This document shows positions 27,743 to 36,458 of a stretch of DNA of 64,000 nt, piece by piece; position 1 is the first letter of the stretch; each line of letters begins with the position of its first letter. The notes beneath the pieces were generated by a model. The model was not told the DNA's origin. It did no database searches and was given only the letters and a program-made list of their open reading frames with translations. Location of the stretch: NCBI GenBank assembly GCA_905479875.1, contig CAJQOG010000066.1:632-64631 (forward strand), written 5' to 3'. A program made the position numbers and the translations under genes. Source of the DNA: an uncultured Gammaproteobacteria bacterium (lineage in GTDB: Bacteria > Pseudomonadota > Gammaproteobacteria > Steroidobacterales > JABDMI01).

Positions 27743-28957
27743 TTATTTAATCCTCAGTTTACCTTGGTATTTTTTTTCTATTGAAGTTACAGAGTCTAGA
27801 TTTATACTTAGGTTTGGTAGCTCACCTTGTATTTTTTCTTTAAAGGAATTTAGGCTTTCAATACTACTACCAACAACAAGTAACTCTGCAGAGTTTTTGT
27901 CAATATTAAAACCGTGAAACTCTAATTTAAGTGTACTAGAGGCAGCACTAGCTTTTTCTAATAATAATAGGGTGTTAACTGGCAACTCACTTTTACTTAA
28001 TGTGGCGCTGCCATTTTTTTTGTTCCTTAGTTTCATCGATAAATCGATAACATCTTTAGGCTTGTTTGCCTCTGGAAATAAAGTAGTATAGGTTTTAATT
28101 AGTGATAATTCTTTTTTATTAATTTGCTTTGAAAGAATTAAATTTTGTGCGTACAAACCTCCAGTAATAGTCAGCAAACTGGCTGCCGCTAAATAGATCG
28201 GGTATTTCCAAAAAGAATTACTTTCGATTTCTTTGTTTGTTGCTTTGTACTCAGACTGCAGTAAATTGATATTTGAAAATTTATTCAAGCAGATACTTTC
28301 ATAGTATCGCTCATCTTTGATTATTTTTTTTATACGTATTGAGTCTGGTGCTTGATTTTCAATTGATTCTAATATTAGTTCTTCATTTCCAGAATGGATT
28401 ATATGCAGGTCTTTTGTATCTTTTAACAAGGTGAACATTTCTTCAGTGATAAGTGGCGCTACTGACCGGTCAAATTCATAGGTTTGTTCCAGACCATCAC
28501 CGCAGAGAGTTAGTTCATTATCATTGAAAAGCATTGTGCAGGTATTTTTATTCAACAAATCTGACTCAACAGTCACTTCATCGGCCGTTATATTGTGTTG
28601 GCTGAGTAAGTTAAGTATATCTTTCATGCGAGAATGTTTAATAGCTCTGACACTAGCTTTTTGGCCTGAAGACTTATTAGAAACTATATGGTAATCATCC
28701 AATCTACTTGGAAATTTTTCTTCTACGGCATAGCGAGCGACTTTATTAAGTTGAGACTGGTTTCTTGTGTTGATGCTGAGTTCAAAGCTTGAAACCATAT
28801 GGTCTGGCAATACTATGCATACCAAATTTGAAGATGAATTCTGAATATTATTTAAGCTAGTTGCTCTTAAGCGTTCGGCTATTGTATTTTTTTCTGTAAC
28901 TACAGTTTGAACATCCATAGAGTCAAGGCGTTTTAAAAAAATAAATTGTTTTTTCAT
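27743..28957 (-). CDS. gspL: type II secretion system protein L
   Basis: 404 aa with a single central TM (YPIYLAAASLLTITGGLYAQNLIL). Position between gspK and gspM. Confidence 0.7.
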   Translation of the reverse strand: MKKQFIFLKRLDSMDVQTVVTEKNTIAERLRATSLNNIQNSSSNLVCIVLPDHMVSSFELSINTRNQSQLNKVARYAVEEKFPSRLDDYHIVSNKSSGQKASVRAIKHSRMKDILNLLSQHNITADEVTVESDLLNKNTCTMLFNDNELTLCGDGLEQTYEFDRSVAPLITEEMFTLLKDTKDLHIIHSGNEELILESIENQAPDSIRIKKIIKDERYYESICLNKFSNINLLQSEYKATNKEIESNSFWKYPIYLAAASLLTITGGLYAQNLILSKQINKKELSLIKTYTTLFPEANKPKDVIDLSMKLRNKKNGSATLSKSELPVNTLLLLEKASAASSTLKLEFHGFNIDKNSAELLVVGSSIESLNSFKEKIQGELPNLSINLDSVTSIEKKYQGKLRIK

Positions 28958-28969
28958 AGTGGTTCTTAC

Positions 28970-29977
28970 TTAATTATCGATTATTGCTTTAGTGGCATTC
29001 AGTTGTTCGGCTTCAATATTTGGCATTGCATCTGGTGTTTCTATTCTTTGGTAAGCAGTAACATTGCCAGATTGTAAGTCTCTATATAAGTAAGTATGCC
29101 TTCTGTAGATACGTTCTTGCAAGCTGACTTCAATTTCTAAAAGAAAATATTCTGTTTGGGTATCTAAAGGTGCTTGAACTTCTTTTTTTTGTATATTAGT
29201 TAGATTGAAAAATTCGTTTATATTTTCAAAAGGTCCTACTGCACGTTGGTCTAGAACTTCAGATATATCATTTGTTGTTATCTGTGGTGTTAGGCTCTGC
29301 AATACTTCAGGATTGGCTGTATTAACATTTAGACTTACATTTAAAGGCAGGGCACATACATGACCTTTTAATTTAGCATAAATTGCTTTATTTATGCCTT
29401 TTATGCTCATTAGCTCTGAAATGTCAGTTATAAAGTGATTTGCTGTTTTATAAGGTTTATCTAAAGATGAATAGGTTTCATCCTCAGCACCTCCTGGAAA
29501 CTCCGGATAGTTATCAGTATCGACCCAGTCACCAACTGCTGCTGCAATATTTGGGTCTATGTCTAATATTTGCAGTAGTCGTTCAAATTGCTTTAATGAT
29601 TCGGGCTTAATCTGGCCTTTTGAATCAATCAAAGAGTTGATATTGAATCTGGCCTGTAAATCAACTAAACGTCCTTGAATTGCGCCACCATCTATGGGTA
29701 GAGCAGGTAGGGATGATGCCCAAATTTCACCTAAATGGTCTGAGGTATTCTCACGTAAGTCTTCTACTAGTATTTCTCTAGCCCAATTTTCTCCACCTGT
29801 TATGTACTGCTTTGCTTGCTGTAAAGTGAGTAAATTACTTATGCGTTTTAAGCTGATTCGATGTTGCCAATGCATTTGAGTTGCTAACGCTGCAACCGTA
29901 GCAACGATCAGTAAAATTGCAATTATTGCAATTCCATTCTGTTTACTTTTATGTGGTTGTGGGTAAGAGCTAAACAT
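28970..29977 (-). CDS. gspK: type II secretion system minor pseudopilin K
   Basis: 335 aa. N-terminus KQNGIAIIAILLIVATVAALAT lacks Glu+5, as is typical of GspK. Helix-hairpin-helix-like region ELMSIKGINKAIYAKL. Confidence 0.85.
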   Translation of the reverse strand: MFSSYPQPHKSKQNGIAIIAILLIVATVAALATQMHWQHRISLKRISNLLTLQQAKQYITGGENWAREILVEDLRENTSDHLGEIWASSLPALPIDGGAIQGRLVDLQARFNINSLIDSKGQIKPESLKQFERLLQILDIDPNIAAAVGDWVDTDNYPEFPGGAEDETYSSLDKPYKTANHFITDISELMSIKGINKAIYAKLKGHVCALPLNVSLNVNTANPEVLQSLTPQITTNDISEVLDQRAVGPFENINEFFNLTNIQKKEVQAPLDTQTEYFLLEIEVSLQERIYRRHTYLYRDLQSGNVTAYQRIETPDAMPNIEAEQLNATKAIIDN

Positions 29978-29987
29978 TTTTAACCTA

Positions 29988-30665
29988 CTAAGCTCCTGGA
30001 GAAAGAGGAATGATACTTATAAGTTCACCCACGTTTTCTAAATCAATAGTTAATTCTACGGCAATCGGTAAGTTAATTAAAATTTGCTCTTCTTGATTGC
30101 TAGTAGATTGGACTCGGTTTTCAGAGGAACTAGGAGGCCAATTTTCATTCCACTCTCCATTGCTTCTATCTAAATAGCGAATACTAATGCTGTTAACTTT
30201 ATCAAGCAATATGGTTTTAACTGACTCGGTTGAAGAGATGTTGTCAAGATGCTGTGTATACTCACGTTGTAACTTATCATCCACTAAGCGGTACGCAACG
30301 GCTTGCTGCTCAGACCGATTTGTGCCTAGCGGATTTCTCCAGCCTGCTCGAACAAGACGCACTAAATAATTTCCAGAATAGTCAGTTTGTAAAGAAGGCG
30401 TAATTGCATCACTGAAAGGGTCGCGCCAAAATCGTGGTGTTAGCTGCGTGAAATCTTTTTCAATGATTTCTAAACTTAAACTAATGTCTCGAATACGTTT
30501 TTGTTTATCACTAATAAGACTAGCATTGCGTTGTGCCACATTAAATACTTGATAGGCACCTGTCGATATTAAGGCGAAAATAAATACTGCCAGTAACAAC
30601 TCGAGTAATGTGAAACCAGAGGTATTTTTATTGCTAACTGAAAGTCTGATGTTCTTCATAAACAA
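29988..30665 (-). CDS. gspJ: type II secretion system minor pseudopilin J
   Basis: 225 aa. Prepilin motif SGFTLLELLLAVFIFALI; WRNPLG...QQAVAYRL region typical of GspJ. Confidence 0.85.
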   Translation of the reverse strand: MFMKNIRLSVSNKNTSGFTLLELLLAVFIFALISTGAYQVFNVAQRNASLISDKQKRIRDISLSLEIIEKDFTQLTPRFWRDPFSDAITPSLQTDYSGNYLVRLVRAGWRNPLGTNRSEQQAVAYRLVDDKLQREYTQHLDNISSTESVKTILLDKVNSISIRYLDRSNGEWNENWPPSSSENRVQSTSNQEEQILINLPIAVELTIDLENVGELISIIPLSPGA

Positions 30666-30670
30666 ATCGC

Positions 30671-31159
30671 TTAATTGACTGGAATTGGTGTTTCAGGATT
30701 TTCAGGGTTATCTCGATCTTCAGGGGCATTTTCTCTTGAATTAAATCCTTGCTCTAGCCATTGCACTGGTCGTTGTCCAAGTTGAGATGTTTGACTAATA
30801 AATCCAACTAAAAAGCAGCTTTGTTTACGTTCGTCATCATCAATTCCCACGGTAATTTCTACCCGTCTTAAAGTTTCTACTTCGGTTTCAATTACTATAA
30901 TATCTTTAAACCAATTGGTATTTGCCATTTCTACGCTTTCAGATTTTTCTCCAAGCTCGGCCCATACAGGACTAAGCTGTAGCTCTGTCATAGCATTTTT
31001 TGCAATTAAATTTCCTATGAAAATTTCTTGTACCCGTGAGGTTTGCGCAGTAATACTTTGAATAGTGCCAACGACAGCAATCAAAGCTATTCCAACAATG
31101 AAAGTTGCTATAACAACCTCGATTAGAGTAAAGCCTTTTTGCTGTAGAATTTTATTCAT
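30671..31159 (-). CDS. gspI: type II secretion system minor pseudopilin I (with an extended acidic/Pro-rich C-terminal tail)
   Basis: Prepilin motif QKGFTLIEVVIATFIVGIAL. The start is taken at ATG 31159 (MNKILQQKG...), which overlaps the gspH stop (ATGAATAA). The listed 31231 start would overlap gspH by 80 nt. Confidence 0.8.
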   Translation of the reverse strand: MNKILQQKGFTLIEVVIATFIVGIALIAVVGTIQSITAQTSRVQEIFIGNLIAKNAMTELQLSPVWAELGEKSESVEMANTNWFKDIIVIETEVETLRRVEITVGIDDDERKQSCFLVGFISQTSQLGQRPVQWLEQGFNSRENAPEDRDNPENPETPIPVN

Positions 31160-31721
31160 CACGTTCAACTGTGGTACGTCCAAAAGCATCAATCTCAACC
31201 TTAAGTACATCTTCTGAGCCACGACCTTCAAGTTGCAAGCTGAAAGGAGTCACTTCACCGCTGCTTAAAATTAAAATTTGTGGAGGGTCAATTTCTTCAA
31301 CAATATTATCTTGATCACCAGAGTTTTGCAGTAGGCTGGTTTCTGATAGAAGACTCAATATAGATTCTTGTTCCAGAAAAAGATCAACGGTGATGGATTC
31401 TGGAAAATTTTGAACTTTAGCAATGTCACTATCTTGAGGAGAATGCCAGCGTTCTTCAAACCACACAACATAACGATAGGTTTCTTCATCTATGAGTAAA
31501 CCGTAGTCATTGCCGCTTAGAGCTGATTCTTCTGTGAGTAATTCGAATTGTTGTGTAAAGCGTTTGGCAAAGGTTTCCATAGTACGGTGCGGGTCAGCAT
31601 TTAATGAAAATGCCGCAAAGCCGGCTATAACCGCAATAAGTAGAACAACAGTGAGTAGTTCGATTAAAGTAAAACCAGATTGAGGTCGCGAAAAATTATC
31701 AATCGTATTGATGGTTATCAT
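31152..31721 (-). CDS. gspH: type II secretion system minor pseudopilin H
   Basis: 189 aa. Prepilin motif QSGFTLIELLTVVLLIAVIAG. Confidence 0.8.
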   Translation of the reverse strand: MITINTIDNFSRPQSGFTLIELLTVVLLIAVIAGFAAFSLNADPHRTMETFAKRFTQQFELLTEESALSGNDYGLLIDEETYRYVVWFEERWHSPQDSDIAKVQNFPESITVDLFLEQESILSLLSETSLLQNSGDQDNIVEEIDPPQILILSSGEVTPFSLQLEGRGSEDVLKVEIDAFGRTTVERDE

Positions 31722-31743
31722 TTTTACAGACCTGATTAGGTGA

Positions 31744-32199
31744 CTAATCCGAATTACTTATATCTGCGTCAAAACCTTCTCCACCAAGTTGTCCATCGGC
31801 TCCTAAGCTATAAACATCAAATGCTCCATTTTGACTAGGGTATGAGTAGTAATATTCATTACCCCAACCATCTAATGGTGTTTTTTTTAAATAACCTTTC
31901 CAGTTCTTTGGTTCAGGGCTGCCACCTGGCTTTTGAATGAGGGCCTCTAACCCTTGGTCGGCACTTGGATATGTGAAATTATCAAGCTTATACATATCTA
32001 ATGCACTAGAAATGGTTTGTATATTTGCTTTTGTGGACGTCACCTTAGCGTCTGAAGCTCTATCAAGAATTTTAGGTGCAATCATTGCAGCTAATGTAGC
32101 GATAATTGCAACTACAACCAACATTTCTATCAATGTGAAGCCTAGACTTTTATTTTTTGGCATATTTTTTAGATCAAGTGTTTTCATATAGTCTTCCAT
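31744..32199 (-). CDS. gspG: type II secretion system major pseudopilin G
   Basis: LGFTLIEMLVVVAIIATLAAMIAPK...ALDMYKLDN...DGWGNEYYY...SLGADGQLGGEGFDADI is canonical GspG. Alternative starts: ATG 32187 (best SD, GGAAG) or 32163. Confidence 0.92.
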   Translation of the reverse strand: MEDYMKTLDLKNMPKNKSLGFTLIEMLVVVAIIATLAAMIAPKILDRASDAKVTSTKANIQTISSALDMYKLDNFTYPSADQGLEALIQKPGGSPEPKNWKGYLKKTPLDGWGNEYYYSYPSQNGAFDVYSLGADGQLGGEGFDADISNSD

Positions 32200-32274
32200 A
32201 GAGTTTGCTTTCTTGTAGCTTAGTGACTAATAATAGCAAATAGTTCAGCCATTTACCCAAGTCAAAATCAAATA

Positions 32275-32916
32275 ATGAAGATTCAATCCTCGGTTAATTT
32301 AATAGAAACTAAACCTAAGCAAAGTCAATGGATTTTGCTTGCAGTAGTGCTTGTGATTTGTACAATTCTAGCCATATTTGGTGACAAGGCTAGAGAGTTG
32401 TTGCGCTATGAGTCAAATTTGCTAACTGAATATGATTACTGGCGTTTATTAACTTCACATTTTGTACACTTGGGCTGGTCGCATTTTGCTTTAAATATGC
32501 TTGGTTTTTTTGTGCTTTGGCTAATTTATGGTGGTGTTTACTCAGCAAAATCATGGATGGCTATTTTATGTATTGCAACACTTGGAATCTCACTCTGTTT
32601 TTTGCAGTTTGATAAAGATCTAAATTGGTATCTTGGTTTTTCCGGAGTCTTGCACGCTTTATTTACTGTTGTGCTGGTATATTTACTATTACAAAGAGTA
32701 CTTTTAGATAAAAGTGTTTTCTATTTAGAGGATGCAATATTACTTACTTTTCTTATATTAAAACTCACATATGAGCAACTAGTCGGCGCTGTTCCTTTTA
32801 CAGAGTCGGGTTCAGGGGGACCAGTTGTGGTAAATGCGCATTTTTATGGAGCAATTATTGGTTGTATCTGGGCCTTGTTTCTGTTCAAATTCAACAATTC
32901 AGAAGTGTCCAAATAA
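32275..32916 (+). CDS. rhomboid-family intramembrane serine protease, rhombosortase-like
   Basis: 213 aa, about 6 TM helices. YWRLLTSHFVHLGWSHFALNMLGF, catalytic GFSGVLHALF and NAHFYGAIIG (Ser/His dyad). Short length and these motifs resemble rhombosortase rather than GlpG. Confidence 0.6.
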   Translation: MKIQSSVNLIETKPKQSQWILLAVVLVICTILAIFGDKARELLRYESNLLTEYDYWRLLTSHFVHLGWSHFALNMLGFFVLWLIYGGVYSAKSWMAILCIATLGISLCFLQFDKDLNWYLGFSGVLHALFTVVLVYLLLQRVLLDKSVFYLEDAILLTFLILKLTYEQLVGAVPFTESGSGGPVVVNAHFYGAIIGCIWALFLFKFNNSEVSK

Positions 32917-32934
32917 AAATTAAGGTTATTGTTT

Positions 32935-33882
32935 ATGGCAGAGTCACAAAAATATGCGGTTGTATTTCCTGGGCAAGGTTCTCAAAGTGTCAATATGTTA
33001 TCTGGATGGACCGAGCAGCAAGATATTGTTGATGAGGTATTAGGTCAGGCGCAAGTTGCATTGGGGTATGATTTAGCCGAGGTCATTAATTGTGATGATG
33101 GTCGTTTAAATCAAACTTATATAACACAACCAGCAATGCTTACAGCAGGAATTATTGCATGGAGAGTGTGGCAGCGATACTGCGAGCAAGCTGGGTTAGC
33201 GCAGCCAAGTTATTTAGCTGGGCATAGTTTAGGTGAATATACCGCACTTGTAGCATCTGGAGTTTTAACTTTTTCTGATGCTATTAGATTGGTTGAGTAC
33301 CGAGGACAATGTATGCAAGAAGCTGTTGCAGAAGGTGTGGGCTCAATGGCGGCAATATTAGGTTTAGACGATAAACAGGTAGTTGAAAATTGTGAGTTAG
33401 CGGCAGCTGAAGGCATAGTAGAGGCAGTTAATTTCAATGCTCCGGGACAAGTAGTTATTGCGGGGGAGAAAAAAGCTGTTGATGCAGCAATCGATTTATT
33501 AAAGCAAGCAGGAGCTAGACGCGCTCTGCCTTTACCTGTCAGTGTTCCATCGCATTGTCAGTTAATGATTCCAGCAGCTAAAAAGTTGGAATCTTATCTT
33601 GAGAGCGTGAATTTTTCTGTAAGTCAAATTCCGGTAATTCATAACGTCACTGCTAAAACTTTAAAAGTTGAGAGTGACATTAAAGCTATCTTGGTTGAGC
33701 AGTTGTTTAAACCAGTGCGTTGGGTTGATTGCATGCAATCAATTGCTAAAGAAAATGTAGATATGATGATTGAATGTGGGCCGGGCAAAGTATTAAGCGG
33801 CTTGCAACGACGCATTGATAAGTCAGTTACAACTCATGCTTTATTTAATGATGAGACTTTACAAAAAATAATTGCACTCTAA
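32935..33882 (+). CDS. fabD: ACP S-malonyltransferase
   Basis: YAVVFPGQGSQ, GHSLGEYTALV, VSVPSHC. ATG 32935 follows AAGG. The listed 32929 is a TTG two codons upstream. Confidence 0.95.
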   Translation: MAESQKYAVVFPGQGSQSVNMLSGWTEQQDIVDEVLGQAQVALGYDLAEVINCDDGRLNQTYITQPAMLTAGIIAWRVWQRYCEQAGLAQPSYLAGHSLGEYTALVASGVLTFSDAIRLVEYRGQCMQEAVAEGVGSMAAILGLDDKQVVENCELAAAEGIVEAVNFNAPGQVVIAGEKKAVDAAIDLLKQAGARRALPLPVSVPSHCQLMIPAAKKLESYLESVNFSVSQIPVIHNVTAKTLKVESDIKAILVEQLFKPVRWVDCMQSIAKENVDMMIECGPGKVLSGLQRRIDKSVTTHALFNDETLQKIIAL

Positions 33883-33941
33883 AATTAGTCCTATTTATAC
33901 AAAATTAGAATTCAAAAAATAAGTTTTAAAAGGTTATCACT

Positions 33942-34688
33942 ATGTTTGATTTATCAGAAAAAGTAGCGCTAGTTACTGGAGCTTCACGTGGTATAGGAGC
34001 AGCAATAGCAGACACTTTGGCAGAGGCTGGAGCCATTGTAATTGGTACTGCAACGTCAGAGAATGGGGCGCAAAGTATTAGCCAACGATTTGCCGAAAAA
34101 AATCTTAAAGGACGCGGTGCTGTTCTAGATGTACGTAATGGTGAGAGTGTCAAAGATCTAGTGAAAGAAATTTCTGCGCAGGAAGGGGCTCCACAAATTC
34201 TGGTTAATAATGCAGGTATTACACGCGATAATCTTCTATTGAGAATGTCTGAAGAAGAATGGGACGATATTATCAATACTAATCTTAGTTCTGTTTACCG
34301 AACTTCAAAAGCATGTTTACGTGGAATGATGAAGGCAAGGTTTGGTCGTATAGTAAATATATCTTCAGTAGTTGGAAGCATGGGTAACCCAGGCCAAACT
34401 AACTACTGTGCAGCAAAAGCTGGCATGTTAGGTTTTGCAAAATCGATGGCTAGAGAAGTGGGTTCACGCAATATCACCGTAAACACTGTTTCCCCAGGAT
34501 TTATTCAAACTGACATGACAGACGCCTTAACTGATGAGCAATCAAGTGCGATGTTATCTCAAGTTCCATTAGGCAGATTAGGCCAAACTAGCGATATAGC
34601 ACACGCAGTTGCGTTCCTCTGCTCAGAGCATGCGGGTTATATTACTGGTGAGACAATTCATGTTAATGGTGGTATGTATATGATTTAA
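33942..34688 (+). CDS. fabG: 3-oxoacyl-ACP reductase
   Basis: ALVTGASRGIGAAIA, NNAGITRDN, catalytic YCAAKAG, 248 aa. Confidence 0.95.
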   Translation: MFDLSEKVALVTGASRGIGAAIADTLAEAGAIVIGTATSENGAQSISQRFAEKNLKGRGAVLDVRNGESVKDLVKEISAQEGAPQILVNNAGITRDNLLLRMSEEEWDDIINTNLSSVYRTSKACLRGMMKARFGRIVNISSVVGSMGNPGQTNYCAAKAGMLGFAKSMAREVGSRNITVNTVSPGFIQTDMTDALTDEQSSAMLSQVPLGRLGQTSDIAHAVAFLCSEHAGYITGETIHVNGGMYMI

Positions 34689-34711
34689 TAGGTATTATTT
34701 ATAATACCTAT
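34688..34711. repeat. perfect inverted repeat ATAGGTATTAT-tt-ATAATACCTAT at the fabG stop
   Basis: 11-bp arms are exactly complementary. Starts at the last base of the fabG stop codon, about 100 nt upstream of acpP. Confidence 0.5.
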
Positions 34712-34724
34712 AATTAACATAATA

Positions 34725-34752
34725 TTGCTTAAAACTAGATTCCTGTTACAAT
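34725..34752 (+). promoter_or_regulatory. candidate acpP promoter
   Basis: TTGCTT, 16-nt spacer, TACAAT, about 60 nt upstream of the acpP ATG. Confidence 0.4.
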
Positions 34753-34815
34753 GCGCATGCAAATTTAGTGTAATGCACTGATTTGTGATTTTTTTCAAAT
34801 AGAGGATTTATCTCA

Positions 34816-35049
34816 ATGAGTATAGAAGAACGCGTCAAAAAAATTGTCGCAGAACAATTAGGTGTTAAAGAAGACCAATTAAATAACGAAGCATCTTTTG
34901 TAGATGATCTTGGTGCAGATTCACTCGACACTGTCGAGCTTGTAATGGCTTTAGAGGAAGAGTTTGATACTGAAATTCCTGACGAAGAAGCAGAAAAAAT
35001 TACTACTATCCAACTTGCTATTGATTACGTAACTAGTCACAAAAGTTAA
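34816..35049 (+). CDS. acpP: acyl carrier protein
   Basis: [17 protein letters not shown]...[19 protein letters not shown] (phosphopantetheine Ser in DSLD). Confidence 0.98.
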   Translation: MSIEERVKKIVAEQLGVKEDQLNNEASFVDDLGADSLDTVELVMALEEEFDTEIPDEEAEKITTIQLAIDYVTSHKS

Positions 35050-35081
35050 ATAGTAGAAGTCTGTTTGTTTGAACAGCATAA

Positions 35082-35115
35082 ACCGTCACCACTCCTATGA
35101 GTAGTGACGGTTTTT
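35082..35115 (+). terminator. rho-independent terminator after acpP
   Basis: ACCGTCACCACT-cctatg-AGTAGTGACGGT (one mismatch) followed by TTTTT. Confidence 0.75.
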
Positions 35116-35194
35116 AGTATGTAAGGTAAAATCTTATTATAATAAATACCTGCATAAAGCATAAAAAAAATATAGTCAATTGGTGAGGTGAAAA

Positions 35195-36439
35195 GTGAGT
35201 AAACGCAGAGTTGTAATTACTGGAATGGGCATAGTCTCACCAGTTGGATCAAACCTAAAGAACTCTTGGGATGCTGTTCTTAATGGAAAGAGTGGTATTG
35301 GATTGATTGAAAGTTTTGATACAACAAATCACCCAGCAAAAATTGGTGGTGAAGTATCAGGATTTGAACTTGAAAAATACTTCGATACAAAACAAATGAG
35401 AAAACTGGATCCCTTTGTTCATCTTGGCATTGCTGCTGGTGTTGATGCAATCGTTGATTCGGGCCTAGATTTTTCTGGTGAATTAGGTGAACGCAGCGGC
35501 ATTATTGTTGGTTCAGGAATTGGTGGCTTGCATTCTATTGAAAAGAATAAAGCCATAATGATTAAGAACGGATCTCCTAAACGTGTTTCTCCATTTTTTA
35601 TTCCTGGCAGTATTGTAAATATGATTGCTGGTGAATTATCTATTCGTTATGGGATTAAAGGACCTAATCTCGCAATTGTTACAGCATGTACAACCGGTAC
35701 ACACAGTATTGGTTTAGCTGCACGCAGTATTCAGTATGGCGAAACCGATGTAATGGTTGCCGGTGGAGCTGAAAGTGCAATGACAGAATTAGGTATGGGT
35801 GGTTTTTCAGCTATGCGTGCTTTATCAACTCGTAATGAGGATCCAACAGCGGCTAGTCGTCCTTGGGATGCAGAACGTGACGGTTTTGTCATGGGTAGCG
35901 GAGCCGGAGTTATGGTTCTTGAAGAGCTAGAACATGCACAGAAACGTGGTGCAAAAATTTACGCTGAATTGATTGGATTTGGCATGAGTGGTGATGCTTA
36001 TCATATGACATCTCCACCAGAAAGTGGAGATGGCGCAAAACGCTGTATGCAAGCTTCATTGCGTGATGCTGGTTTAAACCCTGAAGATATTGACTACATC
36101 AATGCACATGGCACTTCTACACCAGTAGGTGATAGAGCAGAAACTGATGGCGTTAAAGGTTGCTTCGGCGACCATGCTTATAAAGTGGCAGTTAGTTCAA
36201 CTAAATCTATGACTGGTCATCTATTAGGAGCTGCTGGAGCTGTTGAAAGCATTTTTTCAGCCTTGGCATTACGTGACCAAATCGCGCCACCTACAATTAA
36301 TTATGAAAACCCAGATCCACAATGTGATTTGGATTATGTTCCTAATACCGCCAGAGAAATGAAAATTGATATTGCGATGAGCAACTCGTTTGGTTTTGGT
36401 GGAACTAATGGAACTCTTATTCTAAAACGATTTTCTTAA
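35195..36439 (+). CDS. fabF: 3-oxoacyl-ACP synthase II
   Basis: 414 aa, GTG start. RRVVITGMG, active-site [28 protein letters not shown]. Confidence 0.95.
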   Translation: MSKRRVVITGMGIVSPVGSNLKNSWDAVLNGKSGIGLIESFDTTNHPAKIGGEVSGFELEKYFDTKQMRKLDPFVHLGIAAGVDAIVDSGLDFSGELGERSGIIVGSGIGGLHSIEKNKAIMIKNGSPKRVSPFFIPGSIVNMIAGELSIRYGIKGPNLAIVTACTTGTHSIGLAARSIQYGETDVMVAGGAESAMTELGMGGFSAMRALSTRNEDPTAASRPWDAERDGFVMGSGAGVMVLEELEHAQKRGAKIYAELIGFGMSGDAYHMTSPPESGDGAKRCMQASLRDAGLNPEDIDYINAHGTSTPVGDRAETDGVKGCFGDHAYKVAVSSTKSMTGHLLGAAGAVESIFSALALRDQIAPPTINYENPDPQCDLDYVPNTAREMKIDIAMSNSFGFGGTNGTLILKRFS

Positions 36440-36458
36440 ACTTTTAAGTAGCTGAGCA

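Noticed and set aside
33926-34276. 116-aa antisense ORF overlapping the fabG 5' half
   Set aside because: fabG is unambiguous on the plus strand. The antisense product is Ala/Ser/Pro/Arg-rich low complexity with no ribosome-binding site.
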